Below, piece by piece: positions 9,608 to 18,157 of a DNA stretch of 64,000 bases (its first letter is position 1; the number at the start of each line of letters is the position of its first letter). The notes below the pieces were generated by a model that made no database searches, was not told the origin of the DNA, and saw only the letters and a program-made list of their open reading frames with translations. Source of the stretch: an uncultured Anaerolineae bacterium (GTDB lineage: Bacteria > Chloroflexota > Anaerolineae > JAFGEY01); NCBI GenBank assembly GCA_964428175.1, contig CAYRXM010000001.1, forward strand, positions 33,977-97,976, read 5' to 3'. A program made the position numbers and the translations under genes.

Positions 9608-11025
9608 ACGCCTCGCCGCTTGTGCTCCCCGGCCCATTGTTCTTTTTCGCCATCCCGCTGGCCCTGGCGCTGCTGGCCTACCTGCTCCACCGCTGGACGG
9701 CGTTGAGCGGGCTGGTCGCATCGTTGGGCAGTTTGGGCCTGGGCTGGATCGCGCTGCGATGGCTGCTCGACAAGCCGCTGCCGCTGCCGGGGCGCGGTTT
9801 GGTGCTGACCGCCGACTTGGTCTTTTTGGGACGCCCCTGGGCATTGACGGCCACCTCGGCGGCTCTAGTGGCCTTTGGCCTGACTGTGGGTGGGCTGTGC
9901 TTTTTGTTGGCCCTGCCCGCTGCGCAGGGTTGGGCTTTTTATCCCTTTGGCCTGGTCGTGCTCGGCATTTTGAACCTGTCGGCGACCGCCCAACAGCCCA
10001 TCTATATCATCTTTTTCTTCTGGTTGGGCGTGGTGCTGTGCGGTTTCGTCCTCGCCGGCGGGCGGCCGGGCGCCACGATGGGTGCGCTGCGGTTGATCAT
10101 TCTGGGCACACTGGCGGCCATGTTCCTGCTCCTGCTGCCCACTTTTCTCCAACCCGGCATCGATTTCGAAGCGCAGCGTTCGGGCGTCGTACTGGGTGTC
10201 ATCGGCCTGGGCCTGCTGCTGATGGTGCCGCCTTTTCACGGCGCACTGGTCGGCGCGGCGGCGTTCAGCGCGCCGATGCCGCCGGCTTTTGTCCTGTCGA
10301 TCCTGCCGGCGGCCATGCTGCACATCTTTTTCCAGTTGACCGAAACCTATCCCTTGCTCCTCCAGGATGGCCTGTTCCTCGATCTGTGCCAGTGGCTTGG
10401 GGTGAGTGCGGTCTTGTTGGGCGGCTTGGCTGCGCCGGGCCAGCGTCGCTGGGGGGCCTTGATCGGGTATGCTATGCTGGTCGATTGGGGCATTGGTCTG
10501 ATCGCCCTGGGGCAGGGGTCGGCTGAGGGGATGGCCTTGGCTGTGCAGATGCTCGTGATGCGCGCAATGGCGCTGCTGCTGTGCGGGGCCGGGCTAACCC
10601 CGTTGTTTCAGACTGCGGGGCGCAAGGACGATCTCGATCAATGCCGGGGGCTGCTCTTTCACCGCCCGTTGAACGTGCTGGCCTTGCTGCTGGGCCTGTT
10701 GATGCTCGCCGGACTGCCCGCGCCTTTCGGTGCGGTCGGGCGTTGGACGCTGATCTCGCGCCTGATGGACAGTGATCCGATGATAGCCTGGATTGCCATT
10801 TTGGCCGGGATCGGCGTAGCCACCGGCGCGGTGGTGGGGCTGCTGGCCTGCCTGGGCCGGCCCAATTTCCAGGTCAAAACACAGCGCCGCGACGAGATGA
10901 TTGCTTTTGCGTTCGGGCTGCTTGCGCTGTGCGCGGCCGGCGTGCTGCTGCTGAACGCCGACGTGTGGCAGCCGCTGCTCGAAGGCGCGCTCGCCGCGTT
11001 CTCGCTGTTTGTCGCTCGAGGTTAA
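9604..11025 (+). CDS. polytopic membrane protein, degenerate NuoM/N-like
   Basis: ATGA overlap with the upstream gene. VPPFHGALVGAAAFSAPMPPAFVLSILPAAMLHIFFQL parallels the PxH-WLPDA-xAPTPVSALL motif, but the conserved charged residues are absent. Confidence 0.6.
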   Translation: MNASPLVLPGPLFFFAIPLALALLAYLLHRWTALSGLVASLGSLGLGWIALRWLLDKPLPLPGRGLVLTADLVFLGRPWALTATSAALVAFGLTVGGLCFLLALPAAQGWAFYPFGLVVLGILNLSATAQQPIYIIFFFWLGVVLCGFVLAGGRPGATMGALRLIILGTLAAMFLLLLPTFLQPGIDFEAQRSGVVLGVIGLGLLLMVPPFHGALVGAAAFSAPMPPAFVLSILPAAMLHIFFQLTETYPLLLQDGLFLDLCQWLGVSAVLLGGLAAPGQRRWGALIGYAMLVDWGIGLIALGQGSAEGMALAVQMLVMRAMALLLCGAGLTPLFQTAGRKDDLDQCRGLLFHRPLNVLALLLGLLMLAGLPAPFGAVGRWTLISRLMDSDPMIAWIAILAGIGVATGAVVGLLACLGRPNFQVKTQRRDEMIAFAFGLLALCAAGVLLLNADVWQPLLEGALAAFSLFVARG

Positions 11026-11109
11026 CCTTGCGCGGGGGCGTGCGGCGCTCCTCAAAGGCGGCTATTTTCAAAGTAGCCGGCCTCGCCGAGTATAGAGAGG
11101 GAGGACAGA

Positions 11110-12039
11110 ATGACAATTCTCGCAAGCCGCGCATATTCTGGAGCGAGTGACCTGCAATCAATGCTTGATCTGTTGGTTGCGACCAGACCTGCTGATCGAA
11201 TCACAGACTATCCCAGCATTGTTGACTTGCGCGAGCTTTATGCTCTGAACGACGTGCAAAGCAACACACGTTTGTGGCTTGGCAATGATGACCAGATCGT
11301 TGGCTTTGCCTTTGTCGATCAGTACAACAACTTTTGGTTTCAAGTCGACCAGCAAGTAGCCAGTTCCCTCATCGAGTCCGAGATGGTCGCTTGGGGCGTA
11401 GCGTGTGTAAGGCGTGCTGCCATTCAAGATGATAGCCAAACCTGGACGCTTGATGCCAGTTGCCGCGACGATGACCGTGAACAAATAGCAATGCTGGAGC
11501 GGAACGGTTTTGTGAGGCAAGAGATATGTTCGCTGCATATGACCCGCTCGCTTGACGATCCAATTCCTGCCCCACAGGTGCCAATGGGTTTTAGCATCCG
11601 TCATGTGGCTGGCGAGCAAGAGGTGCAAGAACTCGTCGCCCTCCATCGAGCGGCATTTGGTAGTGAAAACATGACCGTTGAGGAGCGGCTGGCGATGATG
11701 CGTGCGCTGGAATACGATGCAGAGCTAGACTTGCTGGCTGTCGCGCCGGATGGTCGATTGGCCGCTTATTGTATGTGCTCAATCAGCCAGGAAGAAAACA
11801 GACGCAGCGGAAGGAATGAGGGATACACAGACCCGGTCGCGACGCATCCCGATTTTCAACGGCAGGGTTTAGCCAAGTCGCTGCTGTTGACAGGGCTGCA
11901 CAGACTTAAACAGCGTGGGCTAGAGACGGCAGTGCTTGGCACAAGCAGCGAGAACGTGGCTATGCAGCGAGTTGCCCAGGCTGTTGGATTTCATGTAAAA
12001 ACAACAATGCTGTGGTTTGCAAAGCCAGTGTCAAACTGA
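11110..12039 (+). CDS. two-domain GNAT N-acetyltransferase (MshD-like architecture)
   Basis: RBS GGGAGGA. The C-terminal GNAT core is VATHPDFQRQGLAKSLL...LGTSSENVAMQRVAQAVGF. Confidence 0.75.
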   Translation: MTILASRAYSGASDLQSMLDLLVATRPADRITDYPSIVDLRELYALNDVQSNTRLWLGNDDQIVGFAFVDQYNNFWFQVDQQVASSLIESEMVAWGVACVRRAAIQDDSQTWTLDASCRDDDREQIAMLERNGFVRQEICSLHMTRSLDDPIPAPQVPMGFSIRHVAGEQEVQELVALHRAAFGSENMTVEERLAMMRALEYDAELDLLAVAPDGRLAAYCMCSISQEENRRSGRNEGYTDPVATHPDFQRQGLAKSLLLTGLHRLKQRGLETAVLGTSSENVAMQRVAQAVGFHVKTTMLWFAKPVSN

Positions 12040-12262
12040 CCAAGTGAGCGCGCTCACGTGCGAACAGAACCACAATCTGCGGCACGGCGTTGTGGAACAA
12101 CGAGGCGTGCCGCGCGCCTGGACGTATCGATATATAAAAACATTTATGTATTATAACAATACATTTTAGGCGTCACATGCCACTGCCTTATACGCCCCCC
12201 CTCAATCCCCCCCGCAAAGCGGGGGAGGGCTGGGGTGGGGGCGTTTCGGAATAACCATTTCA

Positions 12263-12389
12263 GAGTCCACTGAAACTAAAAACGACTGGAAAAATGGGAC
12301 ACTGATCTTCACTGATTGACGCTGATTTTTATTTTTTTATCAGTGTGCGTTAGCCCGTGTTTATCTGTGTCCCTTTTTTCAGGGGAGTC
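12263..12389 (+). repeat. MITE-like repeat, family A copy 1
   Basis: Most positions are identical to the reverse complement of 52218..52346. Imperfect TIRs: GAGTCCACTGAAA ... TTTCAGGGGAGTC. Confidence 0.8.
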
Positions 12390-12545
12390 ATCTCAGAAAC
12401 TCGCCAGAAAATAAGCGAACCCCGAGCATCTGGCTTGACATTTGAGCGGTGTTTTGTTATGCTGAAAATCAAAGTGTGCATCACCTGTTTCGGGCCGGAT
12501 CGACACGGTCATGCTGCGCTCCGGCTCAAAAGAAAAGGAGACGCA

Positions 12546-14648
12546 ATGAACAAGAGAATTTTCAGCTTTTTGATCCTCTTTGTCCTTGTCTTGTCTGCCT
12601 GCAAGCCCACCGCTACATCAACGGTGGTGCTGCCCACGCAGACGCCGCCGCCGGCCGCGCCCACCTTTACCCCCACACTGGCTGCCACCGCAACCCCGAC
12701 GCCTACCCCAGCACCCACCTCGACACCGACGCCGACGCCGACGCCAGTCACGGCTTCTATCGGCGTGCCGGGCGGCGAACTGACCAGCGCCGACGGGCGT
12801 GTGCAGCTCGTTTTCCCGGCCGACGCGGTGCAGCAGCCGCTCACCGTCTCCATCGACGCACGCGACCGGCAGCCCGACGATGGGGATGTCCTTTCGCCGA
12901 TCATCGAGATTGCCGTCGCACCTGAACAGCCCGCGCTGGATCGGCCGGCGCTGCTGTCGCTGCTCCAGCCGCCCGAAACGCCCGGGTTTCAGTTTGCGCG
13001 CCTGATGCACATGCCCGGCCAGTTAAAAGCCGTCTCCGGCGACCCGCCGCCAGGCGTCAGCTATTGGCTGCCCTTGCCCCAGACGCGGCTCGACGAAAGC
13101 GGCCAGCCGGTGCTGCCGCTGGCCCGCTTTTCGACCTATGCGCCTTATACCCAGACGACCGCCGTGCTGGCGTGCATCCCCTCGACAGAAGACCTGGCTC
13201 CACCGCCCACGCCCGAAGGCTATGTCTACATTGGCGTCGACGTGGTGATCAACAAGGTGTACCAGGCCGGGCTTTCCACCACGCCGCTCACGCGCCAGGG
13301 CACGCCGCAAGACCTGGTCTACATCAAGAGCCGGACAGAAGTCAAGGACGCCGTGACCACCTGCGACATCATCGTCGGTCACATCTTTGCGCCAATAGTC
13401 GATACGCAGCTCCAACTGCCGCTCTGCCAGCCCGACCCGGCCGACCTGGCCCCGCCGGAGACGCCGGCCGGTTTCGTGTATGTGGGCGTCGACGTGACCA
13501 TCAACAGCGTGTGGGATGAGGAACTGTCTACCGTGCCGCTCGACCGCGCCGACTCGCCCGACGATCTGCGCCTGGTCAAGTCGTCCAGCGTCACCACAGA
13601 CCAAACCACGCAGTGCGATGTAATCGTCAGCCACCTCTTTGCCCCGTCGCCGCGCGGCCCGGCCCCGGCCGAGTGCGTGCCCAACGAACGGGTTTTGCAG
13701 CCCCCGCTCTCGCCCATGCCGGAAGGCTATGTTTACCTGGGGCGTGAGGTGGTGATCAACCAAGTCTACAGCACTGACTATTCAACCGCGCCGTTGGGCC
13801 GCCCGCACTCGGCCAGCGACATGGTCATGCTCTCGTCCAGCACTACCACCCGCAATGGGGTACTGATTTGCGACATGATCATCGCCCACGTCTATGCGCG
13901 GCTGGTCGCAAGCGATACCCAGGACACTGCAACCCAGGACTGCGTGCCCACCGCCGAGGAACTTGCCCCGCCCCCCGCGCCGGAAGGTTACGTCTATGTG
14001 GGCGTCGATGTGGTTGTGAACGGCGTGTGGGATGAAAAGCGCTCCACCGTCTCGCTGGAGCGCCCTGAATCGCCGCAAGATGTCAATGTCATCCGCGGCC
14101 ACACCCAGGTGCAAGACGGCGTGACTACCTGCGATGTCATTGTGCGCCACCTTTTTGCCCCGGCCAGCTATAGCGGCTGCACGACGCCGTCCGAGATGCT
14201 GCAAATGCCGGCGGCGCCGCCCTGCCATCGTTATGTGGGCGTCGACGTGATGATCAACTACCGGCTGGTCAAATCCACCGTCCCGCTGGATCGCCCGTTC
14301 AAACCTACCGACGCAGTACACATCAGTTCCAAGACCACCACCGACGGCGGGCAGGTCACGTGCGACATCGTCGTCGCGCACACCTTTGAGCCGATCCCCT
14401 GCCCGCCGTGCGAGACGGTGATACCATCGCAGAGCGAGCCGTCGATCTATACCAAGACAACGGGCGTATCGGTTTATTTTGGCCCGTGCGCCCAACTTGC
14501 GGACGATGATAAAGAGAAGCTGATTGCGCTGTCGATCACGCCGCCATACATCGGGGAGGATGGCGGGTTGAGTGTCACTTTGCCGCCCGGCGCGACGGTA
14601 TCCCATGATGGCAAAAACGTGACGATCAAGATGTCCAACTGCCCCTGA
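12546..14648 (+). CDS. lipoprotein with five tandem ~80-90 aa Cys-bracketed repeats
   Basis: Signal and lipobox MNKRIFSFLILFVLVLSAC, then a PT-rich linker. Five repeats start at about 13173, 13425, 13674, 13941 and 14178, each with the pattern C..(E/D)LAPPP.PEGYVY.GVDVVIN.V......STVPL.R.....D......S.......TTCD(I/V)IV.H.FAP. Confidence 0.8.
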   Translation: MNKRIFSFLILFVLVLSACKPTATSTVVLPTQTPPPAAPTFTPTLAATATPTPTPAPTSTPTPTPTPVTASIGVPGGELTSADGRVQLVFPADAVQQPLTVSIDARDRQPDDGDVLSPIIEIAVAPEQPALDRPALLSLLQPPETPGFQFARLMHMPGQLKAVSGDPPPGVSYWLPLPQTRLDESGQPVLPLARFSTYAPYTQTTAVLACIPSTEDLAPPPTPEGYVYIGVDVVINKVYQAGLSTTPLTRQGTPQDLVYIKSRTEVKDAVTTCDIIVGHIFAPIVDTQLQLPLCQPDPADLAPPETPAGFVYVGVDVTINSVWDEELSTVPLDRADSPDDLRLVKSSSVTTDQTTQCDVIVSHLFAPSPRGPAPAECVPNERVLQPPLSPMPEGYVYLGREVVINQVYSTDYSTAPLGRPHSASDMVMLSSSTTTRNGVLICDMIIAHVYARLVASDTQDTATQDCVPTAEELAPPPAPEGYVYVGVDVVVNGVWDEKRSTVSLERPESPQDVNVIRGHTQVQDGVTTCDVIVRHLFAPASYSGCTTPSEMLQMPAAPPCHRYVGVDVMINYRLVKSTVPLDRPFKPTDAVHISSKTTTDGGQVTCDIVVAHTFEPIPCPPCETVIPSQSEPSIYTKTTGVSVYFGPCAQLADDDKEKLIALSITPPYIGEDGGLSVTLPPGATVSHDGKNVTIKMSNCP

Positions 14649-14692
14649 TCGCGTTCGCTGGCACATAAACGGACAATCTGACCAACGCAAAA

Positions 14693-14716
14693 GGGCGCGG
14701 TCTCAAGACCGCGCCC
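14693..14716. terminator. bidirectional hairpin terminator
   Basis: GGGCGCGGTC-TCAA-GACCGCGCCC, flanked by an A-run and a T-rich run. It lies between the lipoprotein gene and the 3' end of tRNA-Arg. Confidence 0.6.
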
Positions 14717-14723
14717 TGGCATT

Positions 14724-14798
14724 TGGTACCCCCGATGCGACTCGAACGCATGCTCCCGGCTCCGGAGGCCGGCGCTCTATCCACTGAGCTACGGGGGC
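14724..14798 (-). tRNA. tRNA-Arg (anticodon CCG), CCA encoded
   Basis: Reverse complement GCCCCCG-TA-GCTC-AGTGGATA-GAGC-G-CCGGC-CTCCGGA-GCCGG-GAGC-ATGCG-TTCGAGT-CGCAT-CGGGGGT-A-CCA folds as a cloverleaf. Confidence 0.93.
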
Positions 14799-14935
14799 GA
14801 CGGGAACCAGTGTATCACAAATGGGGCATTTTGGCAAAAAAAGAGCAGTCGTTTTTTGCCTCAAGCTCCGGTTTCGGGTACAATTCGTGCAGAGAAAAAG
14901 CTGTTCTGGTTGGCGTCATTGGAAAGGAGCGCACG

Positions 14936-16180
14936 ATGAGCGATTATGCATTTCCCGGTAAAGGCAAGGTGGCAGTGCTGCGCACGCGGCCCGAAACGGT
15001 GCTCGAAGATTATGCCCGCCTGCTCGATTTGGCCGGCTACAAGGCGACGCTGTCCAAGACGCACGACACGTTGCTCAAGATCAACATCTCTTGGCAAACC
15101 TGGTATCCGGCCTGCTCCAGCGCGCCCTGGCAGTTGGAAGGAACAATCCGCAAACTGCTCAACGATGGCTTTGAGCGCAACAAGTTGATCGCTGCGCATA
15201 ACCGCACGGTGGTGGTCGATGCGTACGTCGGCGAATACAACAACAAGCACAAATACGTGGTCGAAAAATACGGCCTGCGCAACGTTCACCTCTACGAGCC
15301 GGATGTCGAGTGGGTCGTCTATAAACCCAAGGGCGAGTTTTTATGCCTGGACGAGATTTACCCCGACGGCGTCAAAATCCCCGACATGTTCATCGGACGC
15401 AACATCATCCAGTTTCCCACGGTCAAAACCCATGTTTTCACCACCATCACCGGGGCGATGAAGAACGCCTTTGGCGGCCTGCTCGGCGAGAACCGCCACT
15501 GGACGCACGGACGCATCCACGAGACGCTGGTCGATCTGTTGATGATCCAGCGCGAGATCCACCCCGGCGTGTTTGCCGTGATGGACGGCACCTTTGCCGG
15601 CGACGGCCCCGGCCCGCGGGCGATGTTTTGGCACGAAAAAGACGTGATCCTCGCCTCCGCCGACCAGGTGGCCATCGACGCCCTTTCGGCCAGGTTGCAG
15701 GGCTTTGACCCTATGAGCCTCGATTTCATCCGCCTGGCCCACGAAAAGGGACTGGGGGTGGGCGATCCCAGGGATATTGAGGTGATCGGCGACGAGGATG
15801 TGATGGCCGAAAACTGGCACTTTATCCAGACCGACACGTTCGCCAGCCGCGGCCAAAAAGCGATCTATAACGGGCCGCTCAAGCCCTTTGAAAGTTTGCT
15901 GCTGCACACCCCGTTGGTGCCGTGGAGTTATTTCGCCAGCAACTTTTATCACAACGTCTACTGGTATCCCTTTGTGGGCCGCAAGCGCGTCGAGGCGGCG
16001 TTGGACACCAAATGGGGCCAGTTGTTCAGCGCGTATGGCGTCGAGGTGGGACAGGGCGGCGCGGTGCTGCCGACGATTCCTAAAAAGGAGGCTGCGATCG
16101 GGCTGGGCGTCGCGGCGGCCGGGCTGGCTGCGACGGCGCTGCTCGCCGGATGGCTGGTAAAGCGTAAAGCGAAAAAGTGA
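14936..16180 (+). CDS. DUF362 domain protein with C-terminal TM anchor
   Basis: RBS AAAGGAG. DUF362-like blocks LLKINISW, FPTVKTHVFTTITGAMKNAFGG and AVMDGTFAGDGPGP. The C-terminal hydrophobic tail is AAIGLGVAAAGLAATALLAGWLVKRKAKK. The ORF-track N-terminus overlaps tRNA-Arg and was trimmed. Confidence 0.8.
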   Translation: MSDYAFPGKGKVAVLRTRPETVLEDYARLLDLAGYKATLSKTHDTLLKINISWQTWYPACSSAPWQLEGTIRKLLNDGFERNKLIAAHNRTVVVDAYVGEYNNKHKYVVEKYGLRNVHLYEPDVEWVVYKPKGEFLCLDEIYPDGVKIPDMFIGRNIIQFPTVKTHVFTTITGAMKNAFGGLLGENRHWTHGRIHETLVDLLMIQREIHPGVFAVMDGTFAGDGPGPRAMFWHEKDVILASADQVAIDALSARLQGFDPMSLDFIRLAHEKGLGVGDPRDIEVIGDEDVMAENWHFIQTDTFASRGQKAIYNGPLKPFESLLLHTPLVPWSYFASNFYHNVYWYPFVGRKRVEAALDTKWGQLFSAYGVEVGQGGAVLPTIPKKEAAIGLGVAAAGLAATALLAGWLVKRKAKK

Positions 16181-16193
16181 GGGGAGGTTGGTC

Positions 16194-17213
16194 ATGATTT
16201 GCCTGGGACTGTTTGCTTCTGTTCTGGCAACGTTGGTGCCTTCGTTGATCGCCATCGCCATCTTGTGGTGGCTGGACCGCTATGAAAAAGAACCTTTGTG
16301 GCTGCTCAGCGTCATCTTTTTCTGGGGCGCAATTCCGACCGTGATTTTGGCGCTGATCACCCAACTTGTCCTCGATATTCCCATCTCGTACATCTTTGGC
16401 AAGTCGATCTTGTATTCGCTGGCCAACATGAGCATCATCGCCCCACTGACCGAAGAAACGTTCAAGTCCTTGATCATCCTGATCGTCTTTTTGATCTACC
16501 GCCGCGAGTTCGACAGCGTGATGGACGGCATTTTGTACGGCGCACTGGTCGGCTTTGGCTTTTCGGTGGTCGAAGACGTGCTCTATTTGATGAGCAGTCT
16601 GGTGGAGGGTGGCTGGGCGGGGTGGGGGCTGACCGTCGCCTTGCGCATCGGGCTGTACAACCTCAACCATTCCATGTTTACGGCTTTTGTCGGCGTGGGC
16701 TTTGGGATGGCGCGCAACTCGCGCGAGTGGTGGAAAAAGCTCCTGTTCCCCATCGCCGGCTGGCTGACGGCAATGGCCCTGCACGGCATCCACAACGGCG
16801 GCACCGTCCTGGCTGAAATGACCTCCGGCCTCTCGTGCCTGATCCTCACGTTTGTCGATTGGATGGGCGTGCTGGCGATAGCGATCTTGATTTTCGTCTC
16901 GGTGCGGCGCGAAAGCCGCTGGTTCGAGGAACTGCTGCCCGAAATCCAATTCGGGGTGATCACCACCGACGAATACCGCATCGCTTCCAGCTATAGGGCG
17001 CGCTTTGGGCGCGGCTGGCAGATACTGACCCGCCACGGCCCGCTGGTCTGGTTCCGTTGGTCGCGGTTTGTGCAACTAGTCGTCGATCTGGCTTACAAGA
17101 AACACCAGAAAAAGGTCGCCGGCGAGGGAGCAAAGATCGACCAATTAATTGCCGACCTGCGCCGGCGCATCAGCGAGGTGCGCGCGTTACTGCCAGTGAT
17201 CGAGCCAGCATAG
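16194..17213 (+). CDS. prsW: PrsW-family intramembrane protease
   Basis: RBS GGAGG. Motifs PLTEETFKS (EExxK) and ALHGIHNG (HxxxN). The protein is polytopic. Confidence 0.8.
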   Translation: MICLGLFASVLATLVPSLIAIAILWWLDRYEKEPLWLLSVIFFWGAIPTVILALITQLVLDIPISYIFGKSILYSLANMSIIAPLTEETFKSLIILIVFLIYRREFDSVMDGILYGALVGFGFSVVEDVLYLMSSLVEGGWAGWGLTVALRIGLYNLNHSMFTAFVGVGFGMARNSREWWKKLLFPIAGWLTAMALHGIHNGGTVLAEMTSGLSCLILTFVDWMGVLAIAILIFVSVRRESRWFEELLPEIQFGVITTDEYRIASSYRARFGRGWQILTRHGPLVWFRWSRFVQLVVDLAYKKHQKKVAGEGAKIDQLIADLRRRISEVRALLPVIEPA

Positions 17214-17247
17214 CTGGTTGAACCGCCGACAAATGGTAACTATTCAG

Positions 17248-17348
17248 CCTACCCTTGCGAAGGTTTGAATCAGGCTATTAGCGGGCCAAATGCGCTGATC
17301 AAAACCAGCCTGGTCAGAAAATCCACGCTCAACCTTCGCAAGGGTGAG
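17248..17348. repeat. TIR-bearing repeat, family C copy 1
   Basis: Perfect 15-bp inverted repeat ACCCTTGCGAAGGTT (17251-17265) / AACCTTCGCAAGGGT (17331-17345). The same termini occur at 50215..50314. Confidence 0.7.
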
Positions 17349-17409
17349 CAGTTACGACAAATGAAAACCGGCGCGTATGAGAACATACGCGCTGGTCTTG
17401 GTCCACTTG

Positions 17410-17988
17410 TTATTCTTCCACTGCAATGTAAAGCCGCTGTAGCAATGCCTGATCGCCCAGTTCACCATCGCGCCACTTGAGCAGGTCATCGACCATTGCC
17501 TCGACGCTGACGCGGCGAACTTGCCGGTCTTCCCGGCGATCCCAGACCTCGATCTGCACCCGATCGTAAACTGCACAATCGGTTTTCCAGGCGTCGATGG
17601 CCGCGTCAAAGGCCAGCACGATACCCGGCAGCGCATCGTGCAGATTGTTCACCGACCAGCCCAAAGAAACCCATGACATGGACAAAACGTGATTGTCCGA
17701 GAGGTTGGCCGCGGCGACCAGACTGCGCTTGTTCAGTTCAAATCCTACCGTGCGTTGGCACACCAAAAGTGCATCGCTGACCCCCGGTACGGTCGGCGCT
17801 GGCGTCGGCGTTGGCGTTGGCGGCATGGTCGGGCTGGGCAGCGCAGCCAAAGTCGCCACAATCGCCTCGGCCGGCGGGGGACGGTTGAGCAGCAACACAA
17901 CGCCCACCAGGAGCAGCGTCGTACACAGCACCAGGATCAAGATGCCAATGATAGACAGAGATTGAGAACCGGCCTCGTGTTTCTTCAA
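17410..17988 (-). CDS. N-terminally anchored hypothetical protein
   Basis: MKKHEAGSQ plus a TM helix, a PTPTPTPAPT linker, and a globular C-terminal domain with no motif I recognise. Confidence 0.6.
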   Translation of the reverse strand: MKKHEAGSQSLSIIGILILVLCTTLLLVGVVLLLNRPPPAEAIVATLAALPSPTMPPTPTPTPAPTVPGVSDALLVCQRTVGFELNKRSLVAAANLSDNHVLSMSWVSLGWSVNNLHDALPGIVLAFDAAIDAWKTDCAVYDRVQIEVWDRREDRQVRRVSVEAMVDDLLKWRDGELGDQALLQRLYIAVEE

Positions 17989-18157
17989 GACTCACCTCGA
18001 CATAATCATACTATACCACGGTTTGCCGTCGTGTCAAATGCTCCCCCGATCCATCCCCGGACGGCCATGCAAATTTACGCAAAATTTACACCAATTTACT
18101 CGACACCCACCAAGATGGGTGTATAATGAGAATAAAGTTTTTCAAAGGAGAATGCAG

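Noticed and set aside
12357-12545. N-terminal 63 codons of ORF 12357..14648.
   Set aside because: They overlap MITE-like repeat A1 and lack a signal peptide. The lipoprotein signal MNKRIFSFLILFVLVLSAC starts at 12546.
12640-12750. Short tandem nucleotide repeats (GACGCC/ACGCCG runs here, GGCGAC runs near 18595-18640, GGCAAGGACAAA x3 at 34279-34314) considered as a possible CRISPR or microsatellite array.
   Set aside because: They are in-frame coding low-complexity linkers (PT/PS) or the Lys-rich micro-ORF. The units are 6-12 bp with no spacers, and no cas genes are present.
14723-14935. N-terminal 71 codons of ORF 14723..16180.
   Set aside because: This segment overlaps tRNA-Arg on the opposite strand. 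A good RBS and ATG at 14936 begin the recognisable DUF362 sequence.
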